A stretch of 63,971 nucleotides of DNA, the filler included, from Phoronis australis (Eukaryota; Animalia; Phoronida): NCBI GenBank assembly GCA_002633005.1. It is 6 parts of 6 records of this genome, joined end to end, with 100 filler letters (N's around TTAATTAATTAA, not from the genome) between each part and the next. Parts side by side here need not be neighbours in the genome. Positions count along the whole stretch, not along the records: positions 12,688 to 19,506 come from NMRA01002105.1; positions 19,607 to 35,395 come from NMRA01001521.1; 4 more parts are not named here. The stretch is one strand, 5' to 3'. Made by a program: the position numbers and the translations under genes. The notes under the pieces are model-generated. The model worked only from the letters and a program-made list of their open reading frames with translations, had not been told where the DNA came from and did not search any database. Positions 13,791 through 25,700 of the stretch are shown here, piece by piece (within the stretch, counting starts at the first letter, position 1; every line of letters begins with the position of its first letter).

Positions 13791-14454
13791 GAAAATCATA
13801 ACACTGAGCACTCCATTTTCCACTAACACATTTTGAGACATGTATATCAAGAAATTACATGATAGCAATTGTGAAAAATCGCCCACAAAACTATAACATC
13901 AACTGAGCTCATTTCAAACAAACACAACATTTAATAAAACTGTTGTACACAAAGAAAGCTGCCATTCATCTGGGTAAAGACATTACTACAGTCACAACTT
14001 CCACAAAACCATATCAACTTTTAAAACACCTGACAACTAATCACTTTTCTGAACTACGAAGATATGACTCTCAACAGGCATTCTTTGAAAACTAAAAATT
14101 GTCAATATGTGTTATTTCTCCAGTTGGCTTATCCAGAAATTATCATCTGAATTAGCTCCGCAGTCAACATCTGGTCAGTCATGGTGGAACTGAATATCTC
14201 ATTAAAATCAGGTGCTGGTACATTGAAAAGTTAATTGATCTGCTGAAAGGAAAAGACAAGCCATGCTTAAATTTTTTTTGTCAGAAAATGCTGAATTTTG
14301 ATGGGCTCCAGCTTCAGGCAATGGCTAGCTTGTGATCATGGCACATGCTGGCAAACAGCAAAATACAGCCATCACAGGGCATGTGTATACCAAACATCCA
14401 CTGTGTTAAAGCTCATCTTGCAATTCCTATAATGCCCTCTAGAGTAGGGACTAC

Positions 14455-15326
14455 CTTTCTCTGCCCACACATAGCTGACGTCCATTTTGTGCACACCCAG
14501 TGTCTTCCCCAGTTGAAAGTAGTTCTTAAGCACACCTTGTGCCTGCATCAACGGGTTTGCACTAATCACCTAGAGAATAACGCACATCACAGCCAGTTAC
14601 TTTAAGAATAATATCAATGATAAAAGTGCTTAAGGTTGCATGTACCCTTAGTTAAAATGTCTTCTTCTTGACACATCTAAGTAACTGGTGATTGTCCATT
14701 CATAAAGTATTTTCTGAAACTAGGAATCGAGACAAATCTATTCATGTCATTCATAGCACTATGCAAGGCATTCTTGTGGTCACCTGACCATGCATTTTTG
14801 GAAAAAATGTCATTTTTGAAAACTCTGTTCCTTTCACCAGCATTCACCAAATTTTCTATACTAAAACTTTGACAAAAATGCTCAAAAACGCTGATTTTTA
14901 ATGGTATTTTTGAGAATGTAACCTTAATATGCAACACAGTGTAAGCAGAGAAAAGGCAAAGTCGGAAACCTGTTGTGATCATTCATTTGCTTCAAGATCT
15001 TATTGTTAAGTGGAAATTTTATCTGAAACTAGACATAGTGACTCCAGTTAACTCACAAAATTCTGTACCTTTTATGTTACTTCTTTAATATAAAATCAGA
15101 ATTTAAAAACATTAAGAGTCCTGTTTTTATTTATTGAATAGAATTTCACACTCATGGTTTCATTTTTGTTCTAGTTTTAACAACTGAAGGTCTCGACAAG
15201 CCTAAGTGAAACTTTTCAAATAAGCGGCGAATGGTAAAAGATTAAATTGTACATACAACTTACTGCAACAGTTATCACATTATCCATGAACATCTCCTTA
15301 GGGACATTAAAGTCGAAGGCAAAGAA
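14455..15326 (-). CDS. Ferlin family (otoferlin-like) gene fragment, C2B domain exons
   Basis: Exon 15264-15326 (FFAFDFNVPKEMFMDNVITVA, ttttcag/gtaagt) joins in phase to exon 14455-14569 (VISANPL...TLGVHKMDVSYVWAEK). This parallels otoferlin C2B as I recall it, [26 protein letters not shown]...[16 protein letters not shown]. Flanking exons were not identified. Confidence 0.7.
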
Positions 15327-15579
15327 CTGAAAAGAAGTTTCAAATTATCTTAAATTACTGATACATTGCATATCCAATGACGATAGGGTAAAATGTCACC
15401 TATTTAGGACACAATATGGCCACCAAGAGACATTTTGTCAAAGTAATTCCTCCTTGAAAGATATGCAGCACCAAATTAATGCTTTTCCAAGTTCACGCTC
15501 TGCACCATAGCTACCATTAGATCTTTTGAAAAATTTGACAATTAACAATTACAGCTGTGTTAAAAGTACTAATAATACA

Positions 15580-15665
15580 TACCGCATTCGCCGTAATAAC
15601 CGCCCATGCCCCTATAAGCGCCCCCCCACGCGTTTTCAGACTTTGCTAAAATAAGCGTCCAGTCC
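15580..15665. mobile_element. pogo/Tigger-like transposon terminus
   Basis: TA followed by CCGCATTCGCCGTAATAACCGCCC, with repeated ATAAGCG(C/T)CC subterminal motifs. The same motif recurs near 17035. Confidence 0.4.
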
Positions 15666-16529
15666 ATGAACATGTACGTGCAAAAAATGCCTTACCTACA
15701 GTCCTAAAATTCTACAGTAACGTCTTCAATTTATCAATAATATCCGACAGTCCTGAAAAAAATCATTGTGCGCAGAATCTGTAGACCACGAGCCTCGCCG
15801 CTATGTCGGTATTTAGCCGTGACTATACACTTCAAACTTCCGCCATGCCTCAAAACAAACACAAAAGTTCTGCTGATATTGCGAGGACTAATGGTCTGGC
15901 CTTTCAGAACAGAAGTAGTGTATTTGTCTACGAGATTGCTTTGTAGATTTGTCCCGCTTTCAACAGGAATCCAAATTTCTTTGTAGGCCTACACGTGAAA
16001 ACCGCAAATCGAAGACTAATAAAAAGCTTGGCCAGTGTAAAAGCCAGGAAGCGCGCGCTACATACATGAACCTGTCATCAAAGACATTAGTCGGGAACTA
16101 TCCATTCATGAAACGGGTAGCATAGCGTCGGCAAGAAATGAATATTGGCACTAATTTCCGACAGTTTCTAATATTATAAAAAATGTTTGCGTTATTTTTA
16201 AGATGAATTGCTTGATTAACCATAATTGGTGTTTTTAAGCCAAATATCCGATAAAATGACCACTGACAGTGAATGCTTACACACCCTTACATCAAAAATA
16301 AATGTCAGATAGTCACGTACGGCGCATCCAGCCACACGGCGCCTAATATGGCATTACCTAGACAAATGTCAAATGTTTTTAGCACATGAGAACGGCAAGT
16401 GCTGAATGAAACATGCTCTGGTTTAGGCCTACTGCTTGTGCAAATTTCTTTAGATACAATGCACATCAAGCTCGTTAGATTGTGTGGCTCTGGCCAAAAG
16501 ACGGTATCTGCTCTGGCAAATTAACTCTG

Positions 16530-17960
16530 GTGACACGCATGCGCTCGCTTACTCACAAACGCAGACAACTTCAAAACAAACATCAAGTGACAACAACATG
16601 TGTGTTCGTCCAGACATTTTTCTCATGTTGCGCTGATCGTACATGTAGATGGCACCATGTACTAGCACAGATTTGTACTTAAACCTGCCGTGATCCCGAC
16701 TCCACAGGAACTTAAAAATCTTAGGGACGCTACTTGGAAAACTTAAGGAGGATTTCAGGTAATTTGCTTGAGTCAAAACTGTATTTTTGTTGAAGCATTC
16801 AAGTCGCCATATCGATGATTGCGAGGCAGGCAGTCGGCAAGTTTTCATCCCGGGATTTTAGCACAATTTTCTGTAAAATGATCATAATTTAGCAGCAACG
16901 TTTGATTGCAATGCACCACGGTTTTGTAGAAAGTCTTTTCATAGGTTACAGATACGTCAGAGCATAAATATGATGAATCTTAGCTTCCGATTTCACCCGT
17001 TTCGGAGACCGGGTTTCAACGGCCTTGGGTTATAATAAGCGCCCTCCCCCCCGAAACGAACTTTTCTACATGTCTTGAACACATCCACTACCACAAGAAA
17101 CTGTAGGGACACGGCATTTATCCACCTTCACTCTTATCAGGCTTCTACTGTGAGTCAGCATGCATGAATAATTGGCTGATAAGCCACCTCTGGAACTACT
17201 TTTGGCTGAATGGATGACCAGGCCATAAAATGATAATTAGCCAAGACCAGTTACTAATGCAACAAAGAATAATGTCATAGCATCACCCAGCTTTGGTGGA
17301 AAGCTGTATACTGTATTGGCTCTAATAAACGCTTAGAAAAATTCATTTCACGAGGAGGGGACGCTCATTGTAGCCTGCGGCAGTTGAAACCCGGTTTCCC
17401 AAACGGGTAAAATCGGAAGCTAGGATTCATCAAATTTACGCTCTGTTACGTATTTGTAGCCTATGATAGTCTTTCTACAAAATTGTGGTGCATTGCTATC
17501 AACTTCCGTTGTTAAATTACGATAATTTTTCAAAAAATTGTGCTCATCACAGGGCGAAAACTTGCCAACTGATGCGTCGCTGAATCGCGATCGTCAATAG
17601 GAAAACTTGAACTCTTGAATAAAAACATAGTTTAGACTCAACAAATTACCTGAAATCTTCCTTATGTTTTACAATTTTTAAAGTTCATGTGGAGTCCAGA
17701 TTAATTGCGATTAAAGTCCTTTTTGCAAACTTCCCATGTGGTTCTAGTATCCGAAAATACTTACTACATAAAATCTTATTTTCGACACCCTTTCTTTACA
17801 TTCTTTTCATAAAGTTCATGTGGAGTCCAGATTAATTGCGATTAAGTCCAAATGTGCGCTACATCGTACTCCACAACAAGAGAAACATCTCTGGATGAAC
17901 ACACATGTTGTTGTCACGTGACGTTTGTTTTGAAGGTCGTCTGTGTATGTGAGTGAGTGA
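16530..17960. repeat. Two diverged copies of one DNA-transposon-like repeat in inverted orientation
   Basis: ~16530-17024 is the reverse complement of ~17379-17960 (for example GCTTCCGATTTCACCCGTTTCGGAGACCGGGTTTCAAC versus GTTGAAACCCGGTTTCCCAAACGGGTAAAATCGGAAGC). Sequence just distal (~17999-18095) recurs at ~59777-59915. Confidence 0.8.
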
Positions 17961-19756
17961 GCGTGCGTGTGCGGGTCATCGACGATAGACTTTTTTGTTA
18001 CAAAAGGCGGAGGATTATGCAAGAAAATGGCGTTTACAAGATTGTTTTTCACTTAAACGGCTGTAACGTGCAAGGTGAGTGCTGGTTAACTCACAGATTT
18101 TGTGTGCACAGGAAGACTGTCGTTAGCTCTGCCGTCAGTGGAGCGTGGAGTATTAATAGTCCAAGGCTCGATCTACATGTTGGGGACGAAATGAACTACC
18201 CGGGCTGTGTGAAATTTCTGGGTCTAACGGAGACACTGACGCAGTGGTCAGTCAGATCGCTGTATCAAGACTAGAGTCAAAATCCAAATTCGTCAAGTTT
18301 TATCGTGTCCCTGTCAATAATAACGGCATGTTAAAGCCTTCTTAATTTTCGTGCTTCAGAAACATAACAATCACGTGTTTTGTACACATACGCTCACGCC
18401 GCAGATCACATCTCGGAAATTGCCGATTTGACGGATGACAATGAATGAACACAATGAAATTAACAATGTCGTTTTACAGCTTGTAAGATTCATAATAAAA
18501 GTATTTTGAATATTGCAATGCATGTGTTCCAAAATCTAAATAACTTGGGTCCTATATTTTTGTATTAGTGCGCGCCGAATGAAAGTAATCGTGAGTGTTG
18601 CTGTGTNGCAAAATATCTTATCCTGGGCCGATTTGAAAAATTCAAAGTTGTATTCGTATTTGTTTTCGCTCCTCTTTTCAAATGTTACAGTAAAAAATTA
18701 CGTAAAATTCTCTCCATAAAAAGTACAGTTGTTAGGCTAGACTGTAATCAGCTGATCATATCCGCATGAGCGAAGTCAATTATCCTCGCTCGTGACTCGA
18801 TGAATAGAGCAGCTTGGCGGCATCCCTTTGAGCATGAGCCGAGCGCGTCTCAGCCAAGGTGGATGAATACGGTCTAGTTCAATTTTCCATACCCCGCCGT
18901 TTACTTTAAACACCGGGGTTAGAACCACTTTTATTTAGTGGGAATGTTCATAGCATGTGTAGAAAACTCTTCACTTTTGTAGAATATTTCAAACAACTGA
19001 AAGTTTAGTTTATCATAGGTGCGAGCAAACAGATAGCAAAAACCAGCTGCCAGGTAGGTCACCCAGCAAACTATTACCACTTTCTGGATGTATTGGGTAT
19101 CTCACATTCCAAAATCTATTAGTGCTACCTGAGATGTGCACACTCTGGTTTTCACTATATCATGAAAAAAGTCAAAATGTGACCCCAGTGTAATTACTAC
19201 TACTATATCTACTATTAGCGAAGGTCAATCTGGAAGTGATTTAAGAATTAAATGTAACAGACATACAGTGATGCAATCACATCAACAATGACTAGTTCAT
19301 GATTTTGATGGTGAGTGAAGTAACGATCTAAAGAAATACCTTGATTCTTGAAGTATACGTTTGATACGCTTGAGTTGGAAGGATTTCAAGACATTGTTGA
19401 CCTCCTGAGGTGTCCCTTTCATTAAAGCTCAAGTATTAACCTGCATTTACTGCGATTGTATTAATGAAAGAACTGAGAAAAATCTGCTTATCTCAGTTTA
19501 GGTGGTNNNNNNNNNNNNNNNNNNNNNNNNNNNNNNNNNNNNNNNNNNNNTTAATTAATTAANNNNNNNNNNNNNNNNNNNNNNNNNNNNNNNNNNNNNN
19601 NNNNNNCGCAGTAGCGGACGAGTAATTAATAAAATTACGAAAAGCTGTAATTAAGTGGAAAATATGTCTAGGATAACCAACCCATCTTATTTTGGCTCAA
19701 AATGACATGGAAAAAGGTTGCCTTCGCCTTTAAATGCAATTCATGAATCCTCTCAC

Positions 19757-22700
19757 CTGTGTCAGGGCTTCAAAGAAAGTCTGCACCAGAGCAAAATTCT
19801 TAGACAGAACATCTGGAAGGCGTTTGACGATTTTACCAACAGCAACATAGGCCAGGCCCCTTAGTCGGCCATCCTGCAAGACAACGTCAATATTGACTCC
19901 ACAGCTGACAACACATTGAAACGGTTGTTCAGTGGAGCCAACTAAATGTCATACCGTATAATTGTTACTTGAGTGAACACAGCTAAAAATTCTGAATTTT
20001 TGTACTTCATGAAATCCCAGGAAAAATTCCACAAAAAATTAGCAATAAATACCCAACATGTGAAGGGGCCTTTATTGTTCTTTATTAGATTAAACAAACC
20101 TTGCAAGTAAAACTGTGGCTACTTACATCTTTGGCATCAGCAATCAATTTAATCATCCCCGAGAGAAGAATTGAACCAATGGATCTGAAGTGGGACACAT
20201 CAGCCACACTGGAAGACACAACAGATTGACAGGTGAGGCCCCGCCTATTGTCTGTATTTAGGCACAGGCAATTCCAATGAGTTTTCTTACAACTGCGAGG
20301 AAATAAATTGCTGAAACAAGCTTTACTACACTGCAGCGAACACTAAAAAAAGTTTCCAAACATTATTCATTGAACAGCAATTACAAAGAAAATATTCTTA
20401 AAACTTTTCAGGAATGTAACAAAATAAAATGCCATTTTTCCACCATACTGATCCTAAACTAACGAATCTTGACCACAATAAATATTGTTGTGAAAAATTA
20501 CTTATAGCAAACATGGTGCACCATTTGCACAGCCAATGTCTTCAACTTTGGGTTTGTGGAAGACCCGAACAAGCAGTCGAATATCACCTGCAATGAATAA
20601 AGAACAACACTGTTGATGGCACACGGTCACATACCACTGTCACCTGGTCACATGGGACAGACGACCTCTGCTGCCATCTGGTGGCAGCAAGGGTACTTCT
20701 CATTCACAGTGAAATTCAAAAGATAATACCTCTTATGAGTGTCCCCCAACAAAATGATAACATTTGGCTTCTCTCGGAAATGGCCGATAAGGTTCAAATG
20801 AAATTTATCTTGAGGTACTATAATGATAATAATGGTAATTAACTGTTCTGCAAATTACTGACAGAAAATACTTTAAAAATGTCTTACTTTTGAACAATAT
20901 ACCATCGTTCAGAGACGGCTTCTCAAAATGCTTTAAGAATGTCTAACTTTTGAACAACATACCATTGTTCAGAGACGGCTTCTCAAAATGCTTTCAGAAT
21001 CTTTTACTTTTGAACAACACACCGTCGTTCAGAGACGGCTTCTCAAAATGCTTTAAGAATGTCTTACTTTTGAACAACATACCATCGTTCAGAGACGGCT
21101 TATCAAAATACTTTGAGAATGTCTTACTTTTGAACAACATACCATCGTTCAGAGACAACTTATCACAATGCTTTAATTGTCTTACTTTTGAACAACATAC
21201 CATCGTTCAGAGACGGCTTCTCAAAAATTATGGCAAGTTCAGTTTTCAAAAAAATCTGTCTTCCATCACAGTTCTGATAACCCATTCCTAATACCTGTTT
21301 ACTTCATTCTACTAACAGATAGGCAAGGTCACGTGAAACTGTGTGAATGACCTACTTTCCATACACGGCAAACATGAAGATTGAATTGATGTCACAGTAC
21401 AATACCGATGTTATGAATGGCTAATAACGCTGGGATGACAAAATAATTGAGAAACCACGACTACAGGGTGCAAAAGCCCACATTACACTTGGCTAACTAT
21501 GTATGTGTTTCCAATGTGGATGGAAAATGGATGTAAAAGAGAATTTTGGTGAATGAAGAGTAAATTTCAAGATTTGACTTCAAAGTTGTTAAGTAAAGTT
21601 GCATTTTCCACACAAAATACAAAGCATTCCATACCACCAAATTTCCAATGACAATTTTCAACAAATACAGACCATCTGTACTAGCAAGAATATGACTTAT
21701 ACAAAAATGTTGACTTCCATCTCAAAACTTGCATAAAAATGAAAATATGAATAAATTCAAAACAGTGTTTCTGAAATTCCATTTGAGCAGCACACTACCA
21801 CAGTATCTACCATTCACCCCCTTAATACCTGCATGCAAGAAGCCAGCTGATTGGCCGACTCTCTTGAACGAAGTAGGTAAGGGAATATTTTCAGCTTGAG
21901 CCGTACAGGGGCGGGGCTTCTCCGCTGCTCAGGCCGGAGTCCACTTTTCTGCAAATAACACAAAACGCTTCATCCTTAATGCTCAATTGCCAACCAAAAA
22001 TAACAGAAAGGTGCTCACTGACATCTTTATATAGCGACCATTTATGGAATGAGCATACATCCACTAGAGTGGCACCATATTGCTAACCACTGAATTTAAA
22101 CTTCGTGGCTTCAGTCTCAAAAACAAGGATTTGTCAGTTTTTGAAACCAAGAAAGCACTTCTAATGGGAGAAACTAGTGTACAGTTTGAAAGCAATTCAT
22201 CGTACCAAATCTATCCAATTAATATTTATTGACATCGAAAATTCATACACACTGAAATCACTGTTATAAATGTCAAGCCAATGTATATAACACAAAACTG
22301 CCACAACCACTGCCCCATTACCAGACACTACACTTGAAGTGTCAAGCACTGTTCTTTTCACACGACATGTACTTAACAATTATAACAAAAACACCTGGTG
22401 GCTAATCTGACAACTAGGCAATTGACTTCCGCCTCATTACACACAGCTACAACAGGAAGCTATCCTCAACCATGGGTCGTTACAGGTCTCACCTCGCCTT
22501 TGATATTAATCGTGCCGTGAAAGATCGTATAAAGTTTAGCAATGACAGCCGACTTGTTCCAGTCTACGCTGCCTGTGATTCGTTTGATCTCCATGTCAGC
22601 CGCAGACGACACACTGCAAAAGGAGCGCACACTGAAGAAACAATTGTGACAGACACTAAGGTCAAGATTTGTTAATAAATTTTTAAATTACCAAATAATC

Positions 22701-25700
22701 TCATTTCCTATAAGGTCATAGCTACAGTCCTAAACAAAATTATGCAAGTTCATCTTTTACTAACAATGTTCAGGGTCCCAAACTGAAGAAATCAATACAA
22801 AATTGAGGAAAATTGATAGAGGCCTTATTAGAATTATTAGATGCGTGTGAGCAAGATAAGCTAGATCAACAAATCCATAATGGAATTCAAAAAATATTCA
22901 TCAAGTGACAGGCAAATGATCCCTAGTAGCACGCAGACAAACACATTTGAATAGTTGACCATCTCCATCCAAACACCTTCTAAGCAATAGGGCTGTCCTG
23001 GATTCCACGGCAATAGAACTCTCCTTTGTCCTGGAGATAAGAAAGTGCGTGACCTAGTTTTGGAAACCAGGCACACTTTCACGTCTCTCATTGATGTCGC
23101 AAATGCGAAGAATTTCAGATCATGCATCCAGGGGTGTTTGTCCAGTTTATCAAACTTTTTAACGTCGGAGTTGCAGCCCACAGAACAGCAGTTACTAACT
23201 TTCTTTGCATTTTAAGGACAAATAGAGTAATGCGACCGAGAAAAACTTGTAAGGAATCCGACAATAACAAAAACGAACTTCAGTGGTACAAAAACGAAGC
23301 AGCAAATGTGCCTGACGGACATTTACAGCATTGTGAAAACCAGACGACCCTATTAGAAGATAACTAACCTATGTCTAGTGTCAGCTAAAGCTACAACAAA
23401 GTGATACACCACGTCTTCTTCGGCAAACACTCCCGAGCCAAGGAAGTTGACGATGCCAATCTTGGTCTTCTCTAGCGTGTCCTGTGTGAGGGGGGCATCT
23501 CCCGTCACCCGTTTGTAGGCCTGGGGGCTCATGGCAGGGGGTGCAGAAGCGTCCCTACCACCACTAACATTGCTACTATTGTTGCCACTCCGTTCGGTGC
23601 CAGTAGCCTGAGTTGGCGTAAAACTGCAAAACAGCAAATTCTTAAACAGAATCAGAAAGGAAGAAGCAGACGCTCAGATTTTCAAGGTGAAAAACATTTG
23701 AACATGCGTAGATAGACATTTTTCTTCCAGCGTAGAAAATAATCTACAAGAGTCAAAATAACATTGGCAAAGCATGCTAGATGATAAGACATATTTAGAT
23801 TTTGTTTGTCAGGCATGAATGGCATTTGATTAAAGCAAATTATTGCCAACTATGTTTCATTCATCAGTGAGAGTTGAATTTCAACATAAGAATGAGTTTG
23901 CATCCCAATAAATTTCCTCTGAAGTTTGATTTTTTCACAACTTAAGACAAATTTAGTTCAATGTGTGTGTCTCAGTGCATCAATGCTGGTTACACTGTGG
24001 ACTTATTTCAACAAACAGCAATTTTTGTAGTCATGAACTTGCAAAGTAGTGTATGTTAAAAAATAGGCAGGTGGCCTGGTGCCTTCTCCAGTGCACCAAG
24101 CATGCTTAGACCACATAGTTGGACACATTGCACTGGTGTTTGTTTTAAAAAAACAAATTAAAACGCAATTACACAAAAATTGAAGATCTGTGCGAATCAG
24201 TCACGTTGCCAAAGCACAAAATCTTAGTACTGTTGACCAGGCTTCGTGACTCTAAAGAATGTCTATGCATGCCATTGTGGGGGCAGTGTTCGTCACTAAC
24301 TGGCACTGCACTGCATGCCATATTGTGGGATGGTGAGTGTAGAATGGCACTAAATGACCACCTGTGCACGACAAGCGCGAGGCAACACGGGAGAAAAATT
24401 TCGTGCTATCATAAGAGTGCCTATGTTTCAAACTGCCTCTAAAGTCGATTCACTTGCAGAAACATCGTGAATACATTTTACTAGCGGACACAAAACAGTA
24501 GAAAATGGTGTACCTCACCCCCTTCCTCCTACGCCTAGCGCATACCTACCTGTAGGGCAGCAGCAGCACATCCAACATGAAGTCCAGTAACAGCTTCATG
24601 CTCTTGGGTTGGTCCACTATAAAGCTGTACTCTGCCTTGACCGCTGCACTACTACTGTGGCTTATCTTCAGCTGGCCCATTGCTGGCATCATCAGCAGCA
24701 GTAGACTTTGACAAAGAGAGAGAGAGACTATTTAATGTACACAACAGTTCACAATCAAATAGTCGTACCCACTTTATCTAGACTACCCCCTCAACATGAA
24801 AAGTTACATTACATGACAATTTTTGTCAAAGATAACGGTGGCTCACTGAGGTGCTTTCAATGTTTATTTCAGTTGAGAATTTTCACACATTATTCCCATT
24901 CACGTGTCTCTAGTTCCAATGAGCTTTCACGGAAAAAGTTTAAATTCCAGTTATTTTTCCCCAAACAGTAGGCATATAATGTTTGGCCAATTTTATTACT
25001 GAATGCACAAATCACGATATGACACCTATGAACCAGGCCTGTAACCATCTGGCATCTAAAAGGACACCCCGACTTAAAGTTAGACACAATTCACGATGCC
25101 CAGTTTAGCATTTGGAAGCCAAGTAATGTAAGCAAGCAAGCAAGCATTCGAGTCAACAGCAGCTCTGAGAGCTAGCTGGCCTGTCCAGAATGAAAATGTT
25201 AGTTAAGATATAATGTAAGATACTACAAGCATGGCACACCAACGTTCTCCCGTAACACAATAACAGGTATTTGACTTGGGATGATAATAACAGTCACACA
25301 TGATTCATCACGGAGACCCCGAGAAATTGTAACAAAGCCCTGTCGCTAACGAAGACTACTTTTGTCATTTTCCACATTTTTCAAGTTTCCATTATAATGA
25401 ATGGTCATTGTGCCATTCCAAGTTTCTCTCAAACCCTAAGTCTAGCGTTCTAGCTATCGCCAATAACAAACACGACTCCTTCCTTCCTTTAGCTCAAGCG
25501 TCACTGATTGGTGCCTACCTGTCCTGCTGAGGTTGTGGCTTGTCCTCAAGACATCTCATCAATGTGGGCAACAAATCTGTCTGCTTGTCAACGGGCAGCC
25601 GAGGAAAGCCCATCTTTATGTACAGGATGGTGAAGTTCTACAGGCATGAAGCTCTGCATTAGCATTCAAGCATTACCTTGAGTTAACAAATCAACGTTCA

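Noticed and set aside
19340-19404. Candidate additional ferlin exon on the minus strand
   Set aside because: It has AG/GT ends and two open frames, but neither matches the expected upstream C2B sequence convincingly.
20950-21291. 113-aa repetitive ORF
   Set aside because: It is the translation of the 60-bp minisatellite, antisense within an ECM29 intron.
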